Made by a program: the position numbers and the translations under genes. The notes below the pieces were generated by a model. The model was not told the origin of the DNA and searched no databases. It saw only the letters and a list, made by a program, of their open reading frames with translations. A stretch of DNA of 64,000 nt from the human T2T-CHM13v2.0 reference genome, Homo sapiens, in NCBI RefSeq assembly GCF_009914755.1, contig NC_060948.1; one strand, given 5' to 3'. How positions within the stretch are numbered: the first letter of the stretch is position 1; the number at the start of each line of letters is the position of its first letter. This document shows, one piece after another, positions 40,201 to 55,800 of the stretch.

Positions 40201-43200
40201 CGAATGGCATCGAATGGAATGGAATGGAATGCAATGGAATGGAATGTATTAGAATGTAATGAACTTTAATGGAATGTACTCGAATGGATTCGACTGGAAT
40301 GGAATGTTCTCGAAGTGAATGGACTCCAATGGAATGGATTCGAAAGGAATGGAATCTAATGGAATGGAATTAAATGGAAATGAATCAAATTGAATAGAAC
40401 GGAATTGAATTGAATGGAATCGAATGCAATGGAATCTAATGAAACGGAAAGGAAAGGAATGGAATGGATTGGAATGGAATGGGCTGGAATGGAATGGAAT
40501 CGAAACGAATGGAATGGAATCGAACTGAAGAGACTGGAATGGAATGCACTGGAATGGAAGGGAATGTAATGGAAGGTTCTCGAAAAAAATGGAATCGAAA
40601 GGAATGGAATTGAATGGAACGGAATAGAGTCGAATGGAATTGAATGGAATGGAATGGACTAGAGTGAAATGGAATCGAACCACAAGGAATGGACAGGAAT
40701 AGAATGGTCTCGAATTGAATGGAATCGTATGGAATGGCATCAAACGGAATGGAATGGACAGCCACGGAATGGAATGGACACCCACGGAATGGAATGCACT
40801 CGAATGCAATGGAGTCGACACTAATGGACTGAATAGAATGGACTCGACTGGTACGGACTCCAATGGAATGGAATCGAATGGAAGGGAATCGAACGGAATG
40901 GACTCGAAGGGAAAAGACTGCAATGGAAAGGTCTCCAATGGAATGGAAATTAATGGAATGGAATGGAATCGAATGAAATGGAGTCAAAAGGAATGGAATC
41001 GAATGGCAAGAAATCGAATGTAATGGAATCGCAAGGAATGGATGTGAACGGAACGGAATGGAATGGAATCCAAAGGAATGGAATAGAATGGAATGGAATC
41101 GAATGGAAAGGACTCGAATGGAAATCACTCGAATAGAATGCAATTTAATAAAATAGGATCAAATGTAATGGAATGGAATGGAAAGGAATCGAAACGAAAG
41201 GAATGGAGACAGATGGAATGGAATGGAACAGAGAGCAATGGTATAGAATGGAATGGAATCATCTGGAATGGAATTGAATGGAATGGAATAATATGAAATG
41301 GAATGGAATGGAATGGAATGCCCTTGAATTAAATGGACTGGAATGGAATGGACTCGAACAGAGTGGAATGGAAAGTGTTGAAATAGAATGGAATGGACTC
41401 GTTTGGAATGGTCTAGTATGCAATGCAATCGACTGGCAGGGAATCAAAAGGAATGTAATCGAATGGATTGGACTGGAATGCAATGGACTCGAATAGATTG
41501 GAAACGGAAAGCAAAGGAATGGAATGGAATAGTATGGAATGGAATGGAAGGAATGGAGTGGAATAGACTAGAGTGGAATGGAATGGACTCGAAAGCAATG
41601 GACTGGAATGGAACTTTCTTGAATGGACTGGAATCAAACGGAATGGAATGCAATGCAATCAAATGGCATGGAATAAAATAGAATGAAAGAGAATCAAATG
41701 GAATTGAATCGAATGGAATCGAATGGATTGGAAAGGAATAGAATGGAATGGAATGGAATTGACTCAAATGGAATGGACTAGAATGGAATGGATTCGAATG
41801 GAAGTCAAAGGAATGGAATCTATTGGAATGGACTGTAATGGAATGGAATGGAAGGGATTGGAATGGACTCGAATGGAATGGACTGCCATAGAAAGGATTC
41901 GAATGGAATGAAAAAGAATTGAATGGAATAGAACAGAATGGAATCAAATCGAATGAAATGGAATGGAATAGAAAGGAATGGAATGAAATGGAATGGAAAG
42001 GATTCAAATGGAATGCAATCGAATGGAATGCAATCGAGTGGAATGGAATCGAACGGAATGGAATAAAATGGAAGAAAACTGGCAAGAAATGGAATCGAAA
42101 TGAATGGAGTGTTATGGAACGGACTCAAAAGGAATTGAATGTAATAGAATGGAGTGGAGTGGACTCGAATATAATGGACTGGAATGGAATGAAATCACAT
42201 GGAATGGGAACGAATGGAATGGAATGGAAAGGAATGGAATCGAATGGAAAGGAATCGAATGGAAGGGAATGAAATTGAATCAACAGGAATGGAAGGGAGT
42301 AGAATAGACGGTAATGGAATGGACTCGAATAGAATGGACACGAATGCTCAAATTGAATGGACTCGAATGGAATGGAAACGAAAGGAATGTCATCGAATGG
42401 AATTGAATCGATTGGAATGAAATCACATAGAATGGAGTGGAATCAAATGGAATTGAATCGAAAGGAAAGGAAGCGAATGGACTGAAATGAAATGGAATGG
42501 AATTGAATGGAAATTAATGCAATGGAATAGAATGGAACGAAATTTCACGGAATGGAATCAAACTGAATGGAATCAAATCAATGGAATCAAATCAAATGGA
42601 ACGGAAAGGAATTGAATGGAGTAGATTGGATTGGATGGGATTGGAATGAAATGTACTGGAAAGGACTCGAATTTCATGAAACGGAATGGAATGAATTAGA
42701 ACGGAATGGACTCGAATGGAATGGAATGTCATGGAATGGCATCAAAAGGAATGGAATCGATTGCGATGGAATGCTATGGAATGGAATGGAATGCATTGGA
42801 ATGGAATGTCCTCTAATGGAATGTATTCGAGTGGAATGGAATCGAATATAATGGAGTCTAATGAAAGGGAATTGAAAGGAATGGGACCGAATACAATGGA
42901 ATATACTGGAATGTAATGTAATGAACTCGAATGTAATTGACTGGAATGGAATGTACATGAATGGAATGTAATCGAATGGAAAGCAATCCAATGGAATAGA
43001 ATCTAATGCAATAAAATCGACTCAAATAGAGTAGAATGTAATGGAATGGAGTGCAGTGCAATGGAATGGAATGGAATGGAATGCAATGGAATGGAATGGA
43101 ATGGAATGGAATGGGATGGAATGGTATGGAATGGATAGTAATGGACTGGAGTGAAATGGACTGGAAAAGAATGGACTCAAATTGAAAGGGCTCGAAAGGA

Positions 43201-46200
43201 ATGGAGTCAAATGGAATGGTCTGGAATGGAATGAACACGAATGTAATGCAATCCAATAGAATGGAATCGAATGGCATGGAATATAAAGAAATGGAATCGA
43301 AGAGAATGGAAACAAATGGAATGGAATTGAATGGAATGGGAACGAATGGAGTGAAATTGTATGCAGTAGAAGAGAATAGAATGGAATGCAAGCGAAAGGA
43401 AAGGAATGGATTGGAATGGAATGGAATTCATTGGAATGGAAGGGAATGTAGTGTAATGGACAGGCCTGGAATAAAGTGGAATGCTACGGTCTCGAATGGA
43501 ATAAAAATGTATGGAATGGAATGCAATGAAACGGAATCGAATGTCATAGAATGTAATGGAATGCAAAAAAATGGAATCCAAAATCATTGACTGGAAAGGC
43601 TGGGTGTCGAAAGGAATTGACTCCAATGGAATGGAATCGAATGGAATGGAAGTGAATAGAATCGAACTAAATCGAATGGAATGGAATTGATAGGAACGGA
43701 ATGGAAAGGAATGCAATGATTTGGCATGGAATGGAATCGAATGGCATCGAATGGAATGGAAAGGAATGCAATGGAATGGAATGTATTAGAATGTAATGAA
43801 CTTTAATGGAATGTACTCGAATGGATTCGACTGGAATGGAATGTTCTCGAAGTGAATGGACTCCAATGGAATGGATTCGAAAGGAATGGAATCTAATGGA
43901 ATGGAATTAAATGGAAATGAATCAAATTGAATAGAACGGAATTGAATTGAATGGAATCGAATGCAATGGAATCTAATGAAACGGAAAGGAAAGGAATGGA
44001 ATGGATTGGAATGGAATGGGCTGGAATGGAATGGAATCGAAACGAATGGAATGGAATCGAACTGAAGAGACTGGAATGGAATGCACTGGAATGGAAGGGA
44101 ATGTAATGGAAGGTTCTCGAAAAAAATGGAATCGAAAGGAATGGAATTGAATGGAACGGAATAGAGTCGAATGGAATTCAATGGAATGGAATGGACTAGA
44201 GTCAAATGGAATCGAACCACAAGGAATGGACAGGAATAGAATGGTCTCGAATTGAATGGAATCGTATGGAATGGCATCAATCGGAATGGAATGGACAGCC
44301 ACGGAATGGAATGGACACCCACGGAATGGAATGCACTCGAATGCAATGGAGTCGACACTAATGGACTGGAATAGAATGGACTCGACTGATACGGACTCCA
44401 ATGGAATGGAATCGAATGGAAGGGAATCGAACGGAATGGACTCGAAGGAAAAAGACTGCAATGGAAAGGTCTCCAATGGAATGGAAATTAATGGAATGGA
44501 ATGGAATCGAATGAAATGGAGTCAAAAGGAATGAGATCGAATGGCAAGAAATCGAATGTGATGGAATCGCAAGGAATTGATGTGAACGGAACGGAATGGA
44601 ATGGAATCCAAAGGAATGGAATAGAATGGAATGGAATCGAATGGAAAGGACTCGAATGGACATCACTCGAATAGAATGCAATTTAATAAAATAGGATCAA
44701 ATGTAATGGAATGGAATGGAAAGGAATCGAAACGAAAGGAATGGAGACAGATGGAATGGAATGGAACTGAGAGCAATGGTATAGAATGGAATGGAATCAT
44801 CTGGAATGGAATTGAATGGAATGGAATAATATGAAATGGAAAGGAATGGAATGGAATGCCCTTGAATTAAATGGACTGGAATGGAATGGACTCGAACAGA
44901 GTGGAATGGAAAGTGTTGAAATAGAATGGAATGGACTCGTTTGGAATGGTCTAGTATGCAATGCAATCGACTGGCAGGGAATCAAAAGGAATGTAATCGA
45001 ATGGATTGGACTGGAATGCAATGGACTCGAATAGATTGGAAACGGAATGCAAAGGAATGGAATGGAATAGTATGGAATGGAATGGAAAGGAATGGAGTGG
45101 AATAGACTAGAGTGGAATGGAATGGACTCGAAAGCAATGGACTGGAATGGAACTTTCTTGAATGGACTGGAATCAAACGGAATGGAATGCAATGCAATCA
45201 AATGGCATGGAATAAAATAGAATGAAAGAGAATGAAATGGAATTGAATCGAATGGAATCGAATGGATTGGAAAGGAATAGAATGGAATGGAATGGAATTG
45301 ACTCAAATGGAATGGACTAGAATGGAATGGATTCGAATGGAAGGCAAAGGAATGGAATCTATTGGAATGGACTGTAATGGAATGGAATGGAAGGGATTGG
45401 AATGGACTCGAATGGAATGGACTGCAATAGAAAGGATTCGAATGGAATGAAAAAGAATTGAATGGAATAGAACAGAATGGAATCAAATCGAATGAAATGG
45501 AATGGAATAGAAAGGAATGGAATGAAATGGAATGGAAAGGATTCGAATGGAATGCAATCGAATGGAATGCAATCGAATGGAATGGAATCGAACGGAATGG
45601 AATAAAATGGAAGAAAACTGGCAAGAAATGGAGTCGAAATGAATGGAGTGTTATGGAACCGACTCAAAAGGAATTGAATGTAATAGAATGGAGTGGAGTG
45701 GACTCGAATATAATGGACTGGAATGGAATGAAATCACATGGAATGGGAACGAATGGAATGGAATGGAAAGGAATGGAATCGAATGGAAAGGAATCGAATG
45801 GAAGGGAATGAAATTGAATCAACAGGAATGGAAGGGAGTAGAATAGACGGTAATGGAATGGACTCGAATAGAATGGACACGAATGCTCAAATTGAATGGA
45901 CTCGAATGGAATGGAAACGAAAGGAATGTCATCGAATGGAATTGAATCGATTGGAATGAAATCACATAGAATGGAGTGGAATCAAATGGAATTGAATCGA
46001 AAGGAAAGGAAGCGAATGGACTGAAATGAAATGGAATGGAATTGAATGGAAATTAATGCAATGGAATAGAATGGAACGAAATTTCACGGAATGGAATCAA
46101 ACTGAATGGAATCAAATCAATGGAATATAATCAAATGGAATGGAAAGGAATTGAATGGAGTAGATTGGATTGGATGGGATTGGAATGAAATGTACTGGAA

Positions 46201-49200
46201 AGGACTCGAATTTCATGAAACGGAATGGAATGAATTAGAACGGAATGGACTCGAATGGAATGGAATGTCATGGAATGGCATCAAATGGAATGGAATCGAA
46301 TGCGATGGAATGCTATGGAATGGAATGGAATGCATTGGAATGGAATGTCCTCTAATGGAATGTATTCGAGTGGAATGGAATCGAATATAATGGAGTCGAA
46401 TGAAATGGAATTGAAAGGAATGGGACCGAATACAGTGGAATATACTGGAATGTAATGTAATGAACTCGAATGTAATTGACTGGAATGGAATGTACACGAA
46501 TGGAATGTAATCGAATGGAAAGCAATCCAATGGAATAGAATCTAATGCAATAAAATCGACTCAAATAGAGTAGAATGTAATGGAATGGAGTGCAGTGCAA
46601 TGGAATGGAATGGAATGGAATGCAATGGAATGGAATGGAATGGAATGGAATGGGATGGAATGGTATGGAATGGATAGTAATGGACTGGAGTGAAATGGAC
46701 TGGAAAAGAATGGACTCAAATTGAAAGGGCTCGAAAGGAATGGAGTCAAATGGAATGGTCTGGAATGGAATGAACACGAATGTAATGCAATCCAATGGAA
46801 TGGAATCGAATGGCATGGAATATAAAGAAATGGAATCGAAGAGAATGGAAACAAATGGAATGGAATTGAATGGAATGGAATTGAATGGAATGGGAACGAA
46901 TGGAGTGAAATTGTATGCAGTAGAAGAGAATAGAATGGAATGCAAGCGAAAGGAAAGGAATGGATTGGAATGGAATGGAATTCATTGGAATGGAAGGGAA
47001 TGTAGTGTAATGGACAGGCCTGGAATAAAGTGGAATGCTACGGTCTCGAATGGAATAAAAATGTATGGAACGGAATGCAATGAAACGGAATCGAATGTCA
47101 TAGAATGTAATGGAATGCAAAAAAATGGACTCTAAAATCATTGACTGGAAAGGCTGGGTGTCGAAAGGAATTGACTCCAATGGAATGGAATCGAATGGAA
47201 TGGAAGTGAATAGAATCGAACTAAATCGAATGGAATGGAATTGATAGGAACGGAATGGAAAGGAATGCAATGATTTGGCATGGAATGGAATCGAATGGCA
47301 TCGAATGGAATGGAATGGAATGCAATGGAATGGAATGTATTAGAATGTAATGAACTTTAATGGAATGTACTCGAATGGATTCGACTGGAATGGAATGTTC
47401 TCGAAGTGAATGGACTTCAATGGAATGGATTCGAAAGGAATGGAATCTAATGGAATGGAATTAAATGGAAATGAATCAAATTGAATAGAACGGAATTGAA
47501 TTGAATGGAATCGAATGCAATGGAATCTAATGAAACGGAAAGGAAAGGAATGGAATGGATTGGAATGGAATCGGCTGGAATGGAATGGAATCGAAACGAA
47601 TGGAATGGAATCGAACTGAAGAGACTGGAATGGAATGCACTGGAATGGAAGGGAATGTAATGGAAGGTTCTCGAAAAAAATGGAATCGAAAGGAATGGAA
47701 TTGAATGGAACGGAAGAGAGTCGAAAGGAATTGAATGGAATGGAATGGACTAGAGTGAAATGGAATCGAACCACAAGGAATGGACAGGAATAGAATGGTC
47801 TCGAATTGAATGGAATCGTATGGAATGGCATCAAACGGAATGGAATGGACAGCCACGGAATGGAATGGACACCCACGGAATGGAAAGCACTCGAATGCAA
47901 AGGAGTCGACACTAATGGACTGAATAGAATGGACTCGACTGGTACGGACTCCAATGGAATGGAATCGAATGGAAGGGAATCGAACGGAATGGACTCGAAG
48001 GGAAAAGACTGCAATGGAAAGGTCTCCAAAGGAATGGAAATTAATGGAATGGAATGGAATCGAATGAAATGGAGTCAAAAGGAATGGAATCGAATGGCAA
48101 GAAATCGAATGTAATGGAATCGCAAGGAATTGATGTGAACAGAACGGAATGGAATGGAATCCAAAGGAATGGAATAGAATGGAATGGAATCGAATGGAAA
48201 GGACTCGAATGGAAATCACTCGAATAGAATGCAATTTAATAAAATAGGATCAAATGTAATGGAATGGAATGGAAAGGAATCGAAACGAAAGGAATGGAGA
48301 CAGATGGAATGGAATGGAACAGAGAGCAATGGTATAGAATGGAATGGAATCATCTGGAATGGAATTGAATGGAATGGAATAATATGAAATGGAATGGAAT
48401 GGAATGGAATGCCCTTGAATTAAATGGACTGGAATGGAATGGACTCGAACAGAGTGGAATGGAAAGTGTTGAAATAGAATGGAATGGACTCGTTTGGAAT
48501 GGTCTAGTATGCAATGCAATCGACTGGCAGGCAATCAAAAGGAATGTAATCGAATGGATTGGACTGGAATGCAATGGACTCGAATAGATTGGAAACGGAA
48601 AGCAAAGGAATGGAATGGAATAGTATGGAATGGAATGGAAAGGAATGGAGTGGAATAGACTAGAGTGGAATGGAATGGACTCGAAAGCAATGGACTGGAA
48701 TGGAACTTTCTTGAATGGACTGGAATCAAACGGAATGGAATGCAATGCAATCAAATGGCATGGAATAAAATAGAATGAAAGAGAATCAAATGGAATTGAA
48801 TCGAATGGAATCGAATGGATTGGAAAGGAATAGAATGGAATGGAATGGAATTGACTCAAATGGAATGGACTAGAATGGAATGGATTCGAATGGAAGTCAA
48901 AGGAATGGAATCTATTGGAATGGACTGTAATGGAATGGAATGGAAGGGATTGGAATGGACTCGAATGGAATGGACTGCCATAGAAAGGATTCGAATGGAA
49001 TGAAAAAGAATTGAATGGAATAGAACAGAATGGAATCAAATCGAATGAAATGGAATGGAATAGAAAGGAATGGAATGAAATGGAATGGAAAGGATTCGAA
49101 TGGAATGCAATCGAATGGAATGCAATCGAATGGAATGGAATCGAACGGAATGGAATAAAATGGAAGAAAACTGGCAAGAAATGGAATCGAAATGAATGGA

Positions 49201-52200
49201 GTGTTATGGAACGGACTCAAAAGGAATTGAATGTAATAGAATGGAGTGGAGTGGACTCGAATATAATGGACTGGAATGGAATGAAATCACATGGAATGGG
49301 AACGAATGGAATGGAATGGAAAGGAATGGAATCGAATGGAAAGGAATCGAATGGAAGGGAATGAAATTGAATCAACAGGAATGGAAGGGAGTAGAATAGA
49401 CGGTAATGGAATGGACTCGAATAGAATGGACACGAATGCTCAAATTGAATGGACTCGAATGGAATGGAAACGAAAGGAATGTCATCGAATGGAATTGAAT
49501 CGATTGGAATGAAATCACATAGAATGGAGTGGAATCAAATGGAATTGAATCGAAAGGAAAGGAAGCGAATGGACTGAAATGAAATGGAATGGAATTGAAT
49601 GGAAATTAATGCAATGGAATAGAATGGAACGAAATTTCACGGAATGGAATCAAACTGAATGGAATCAAATCAATGGAATATAATCAAATGGAATGGAAAG
49701 GAATTGAATGGAGTAGATTGGATTGGATGGGATTGGAATGAAAAGTACTGGAAAGGACTCGAATTTCATGAAACGGAATGGAATGAATTAGAACGGAATG
49801 GACTCGAATGGAATGGAATGTCATGGAATGGCATCAAATGGAATGGAATCGAATGCGATGGAATAGAATGCAATGGAATGCTATGGAATGGAATGGAATG
49901 CATTGGAATGGAATGTCCTCTAATGGAATGGATTCGAGTGGAATGGAATCGAATATAATGGAGTCGAATGAAATGGAATTGAAAGGAATGGGATCGAATA
50001 CCATGTAATATACTGGAATGTAATGTAATGAACTCGAATGTAATTGACTGGAATGGAATGTACATGAATGGAATGTAATCGAATGGAAAGTAATCCAATG
50101 GAATAGAATCTAATGCAATAAAATCGACTCAAATAGAATAGAATGTAATGGAATGGAGTGCAGTGCAATGGAATGGAATGGAATGGAATGCAATGGAATG
50201 GAATGGAATGGAATGGAATAGGATGGAATGGTATGGAATGGATAGTAATGGACTGGAGTGAAATGGACTGGAAAAGAATGGACTCAAATTGAAAGGGCTC
50301 GAAAGGAATGGAGTCAAATGGAATGGTCTGGAATGGAATGAATACGAATGTAATGCAATCCAATAGAATGGAATCGAATGGTATGGAATATAAAGAATTG
50401 GAATCGAAGAGAATGGAAACAAATGGAATGGAATTGAATGGAATGGAATTGAATGGAATGGGAACGAATGGAGTGAAATTGTATGCAGTAGAAGAGAATA
50501 GAATGGAATGCAAGCGAAAGGAAAGGAATGGATTGGAATGGAATGGAATTCATTGGAATGGAAGGGAATGTAGTGTAATGGACAGGCCTGGAATAAAGTG
50601 GAATGCTACGGTCTCGAATGGAATAAAAGTGTATGGAATAGAATGCAATGAAACGGAATCGAATGTCATAGAATGTAATGGAATGCAAAAAAATGGACTC
50701 CAAAATCATTGACTGGAAAGGCTGGGTGTCAAAAGGAATTGCCTCCAATGGAATGGAATCGAATGGAATGGAAGTGAATAGAATGGAACTAAATCGAATG
50801 GAATGGAATTGATAGGAACGGAATGGAAAGGAATGCAATGATTTGGCATGGAATGGAATCGAATGGTATCGAATGGAATGGAATGGAATTCAATTGAATG
50901 GAATGTATTAGAATGTAATGAACTTTAATGTAATGTACTCGAATGGATTCGACTGGAATGGAATGTTCTCGAAGTGAATGGACTCCAATGGAATGGATTC
51001 GAAAGGAATGGAATCTAATGGAATGGAATTAAATGGAAATGAATCAAATTGAATAGAACGGATTTGAATGGAATGGAATCGAATGCAATGGAATCTAATG
51101 AAACGGAAAGGAAAGTAATGGAATGGAATGGAATGGGCTGGAATTGAATGGAATCGAAACGAATGGAATGTAGTCGAACTGAAGAGACTGAAATGGAATG
51201 CACTGGAATGGAAGGGAGTGTAATGGAAGGTTCTCGAAAAAAATGGAATCGAAAGGAATGGAATTGAATGGAACGGAATAGAGTCGAATGGAATTCAATG
51301 GAATGGAATGGACTAGAGTGAAATGGAATCGAACCACAAGGAATGGACAGGAACAGAATGGTCTCGAATTGAATGGAATCGTATGGAATGGCATCAAACG
51401 GAATGGAATGGACAGCCACGGAATGCAATGCACTCGAATGCAATGGAGTCGACACTAATGGACTGGAATAGAATGGACTCGACTGGTATGGACTCCAATG
51501 GAATGGAATCGAATGGAAGGGAATGGAACGGAATGGACTCGAAGGGAAAAGACTGCAATGGAAAGGTCTCGAATGGAATGGAAATTAATGGAATGGAATG
51601 GAATCGAATGAAATTGAGTCAAAAGGAATGGAATCGAATGGCAAGAAATCGAATGTAATGGAATCGCAAGGAATTGATGTGAACGGAACGGAATCGAATG
51701 GAATCCAAAGGAATGGAATAGAATGGAATGGAATCGAATGGAAAGGACTCGAATGGAAATCACTCGAATAGAATGCAATTTAATAAAATAGGATCAAATG
51801 TAATGGAATGGAATGGAAAGGAATCGAAACGAAAGGAATGGAGACAGATGGAATGGAATGGAACAGAGAGCAATGGTATAGAATGGAATGGAATCATCTG
51901 GAATGGAATTGAATGGAATGGAATAATATGAAATGGAATGGAATGGAATGGAATGCCCTTGAATTAAATGGACTGGAATGGAATGGACTCAAACAGAGTG
52001 GAATGGAAAGTGTTGAAATAGAATGGAATGGACTCGTTTGGAATGGTCTAGTATGCAATGCAATCGACTGGCAGGGAATCAAGAGGAATGTAATCGAATG
52101 CATTGGACTGGAATGCAATGGACTCGAATAGATTGGAAACGGAATGCAAAGGAATGGAATGGAATAGTATGGAATGGAATGGAAAGGAATGGAGTGGAAT

Positions 52201-52870
52201 AGACTAGAGTGGAATGGAATGGACTGGAAAGCAATGGACTGGAATGGAACTTTCTTGAATGGACTGGAATCAAACGGAATGGAATGCAATGCAATCAAAT
52301 GGCATGGAATAAAATAGAATGAAAGAGAATCAAATGGAATTGAATCGAATGGAATCGAATGGATTGGAAAGGAATAGAATGGAATGGAATGGAATTGACT
52401 CAAATGGAATGGACTAGAATGGAATGGATTCGAATGGAAGTCAAAGGAATGGAATCTATTGGAATGGACTGTAATAGAATGGAATGGAAGGGATTGGAAT
52501 GGACTCGAATGGAATGGACTGCAATAGAAAGGATTCGAATGGAATGAAAAAGAATTGAATGGAATAGAACAGAATGGAATCAAATCGAATGAAATGGAAT
52601 GGAAGAGAACGGAATGGAATGAAATGGAATGGAAAGGATTCGAATGGAATGCAATCGAATGGAACGGAATCGAACGGAATGGAATAAAATGGAAGAAAAC
52701 TGGCAAGAAATGGAATCGAAATGAATGGAGTGTTATGGAACGGACTCAAAAGGAATTGAATGTAATAGAATGGAGTGGAGTGGACTCGAATATAATGGAC
52801 TGGAATGGAATGAAATCACATGGAATGGGAACGAATGGAATGGAATGGAAAGGAATGGAATGGAAAGGAA
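37250..52870 (+). repeat. Subfamily C block (3' part of unit 11, units 12-15; also unit 1)
   Basis: Shared ACTCGTTTGG, GAATTAGAAC, GCGATGG, GGAAAAGAATGG, GTTCTCGAAG and GTCGACACTAA. Units 11-14 carry a 15-bp duplication and units 12-14 a 20-bp duplication. Confidence 0.8.
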
Positions 52871-55800
52871 TGGAATCGAATGGAAAGGAATCGAATGGAA
52901 GGGAATGAAATTGAATCAACAGGAATGGAAGGAAGTAGAATAGACGGTAATGGAATGGACTCGAATAGAATGGACACGAATGCTCAAATTGAATGGACTC
53001 GAATGGAATGGAAACGAAAGGAATGTCGTCGAATGGAATTGAATCGATTGGAATGAAATCGCATAGAATGGAGTGGAATCAAATGGAATTGAATCGAAAG
53101 GAAAGGAAGCGAATGGTCTGAAATGAAATGGAATGGAATTGAATGGAAAGTAATGCAAGGGAATAGAATGGAACGAAATTTCACGGAATGGAATCAAACT
53201 GAATGGAATCAAATCAATGGAATATAATCAAATGGCATGGAAAGGAATTGAATGGAGTAGATTGGATTGGATGGGATTGGAATGAAATGTACTGGAAAGG
53301 ACTCGAATTTCATGAAATGGAATGGAATGAACTGGAACGGAATGGACTCGAATGGATTGGAATGTCATGGAATGGCATCAAATGGAATGGCATCAAATGG
53401 AATGGAATCGAATGCAATGGAATGCTATGGAATGGAATGGAATGCATTGGAATGGAATGTCCCCTAATGGAATGGATTCGAGTGGAATGGAATCGAATAT
53501 AATGGAGTCGAATGAAATGGAATTGAAAGGAAAGGGATCGAATACAATGGAATATACTGGAATGTAATGTAATGAACTCGAATGTAATTGACTAGAATGG
53601 AATGTACATGAATGGAATGTAATCGAATGGAAAATAATCTCATGGAATAGAATCTAATGCAATAAAATCGACTCAAATAGAATAGAATGGAATGGAATGG
53701 AGTGCAGTGCAATGGAATGGAATGGAATGGAATGCAATGGAATGGAATGGAATGGGATGGAATGGTATGGGATGGATAGAAATGGACTGGAGTGAAATGG
53801 ACTGGAAAGTAATGGACTCAAATTGAAAGAGCTCGAAAGAATGGAGTCAAATGGAATGGTCTGGAATGGAATGAACACGAATGTAATGCAATCCAATAGA
53901 ATGGAATCGAATGGCATGGAATATAAAGAAATGGAATCGAAGAGAATGGAAACGAATGGAATGGAATTGAATGGAATGGAATTGAATGGAATGGGAACGA
54001 ATGGAGTGAAATTGTATGCAGTAGAAGAGAATAGAATGGAATGCAAGCGAAATTAAAGGAATGGATTGGAATGGAATGGAATTCATTGGAATGGAAGGGA
54101 ATGTATTGCAATGGACAGGCCTTTAATAAAGTGGAATGCTACGGTCTCGAATGGAATAAAAATGTATGGAATGGAATTCAATGAAACGGAATCGAATGTC
54201 ATAGAATGTAATGGAATGCAAAAAAATGGAATCCAAAATCATTGACTGGAAAGGCTGGGTGTCGAAAGGAATTGACTCCAATGGAATGAAATCGAATGGA
54301 ATGGAAGTGAATAGAATCGAAGTAAATCGAATGGAATGGAATTGTTAGGAACGGAATGGAAAGGAGTGCAATGATTTGGCATGGAACGGAATCGAATGGC
54401 ATTGAATGGAGTGGAATGGAATGCAATGGAATGGAATGTATTAGAATGTAATGAACATTAATGGAATGTACTCGAATGGATTCGACTGGAATGGAATGTT
54501 CTGGAAGTGAATGGACTCCAATGGAATGGATTCGAAAGGAATGGAATCTAATGGAATGGAATTAAATGGAAACGAATCAAATTGAATAGCACGGAATTGA
54601 ATTGAATGGTATCAAATGCAATGGAATCTAATGAAATGGAAATGAAAGGAATGGAATGGATTGGAATGGGCTGGAGTTGAATGGAATCGATACGAATGGA
54701 ATGGAATAGAACTGAAGAGACTGGAATGGAATTCACTGGAATGGAAGGGAGTGTAATGGAAGGATCTCGAAAAAAATGGAATCGAATGGAATGGAATTGA
54801 ATGGAACGGAATAGAGTCGAATGGAATTCAATGGAATTGAATGGACTAGAGTGAAATGGAATCGAACCACAAGGAATGGAGAGGAATAGAATGGTCTCGA
54901 ATTGAATGGAATCGTATGGAATGACATCAAACGGAATGGAATGGACAGCCACGGAATGGAATGCACTCGAATGCAATGGAGTCGAAACTAATGGACTGGA
55001 ATAGAATGGACTCGACTGGTACGGACTCCAATGGAATGGAATCGAAAGGAAGGGAATCGAACGGAATGGACTCGAAGGGAAAAGACTGCAATGGAAAGGT
55101 CTCGAATGGAATGGAAATTAATGGAATGGAATGGAATCGAATGAAATGGAGTCAAAAGGAATGGAATCGAATGGCAAGAAATCGAATGTAATGGAATCGC
55201 AAGGAATTGATGTGAACGGAACGGAATGGAATGGAATCCAAAGGAATGGAATAGAATGGAATGGAATCGAATGGAAAGGACTCGAATGGAAATCACTCGA
55301 ATAGAATGCAATTTAATAAAATAGGATCAAATGTAATGGAATGGAATGGAAAGGAATCGAAACGAAAGGAATGGAGACAGATGGAATGGAATGGAACAGA
55401 GAGCAATGGTATAGAATGGAATGGAATCATCTGGAATGGAATTGAATGGAATGGAATAACATGAAATGGAATGGAATGGAATGGAATGCCCTTGAATTAA
55501 ATGGACTGGAATGGAATGGACTCGAACAGAGTGTAATGGAAAGTGTTGAAATAGAATGGAATGGACTCCTTTGGAATGGTCTAGTATGCAATGCAATCGA
55601 CTGGCAGGGAATCAAAAGGAATGTAATGGAATGGATTGGACTGGAATGCAATGGACTCGAATAGATTGGAAACGGAATGCAAAGGAATGGAATGGAATAG
55701 TATGGAATGGAATGGAAAGGAATGGAGTGGAATAGACTAGAGTGGAATGGAATGGACTGGAAAGCAATGGACTGGAATGGAACTTTCTTGAATGGACTGG

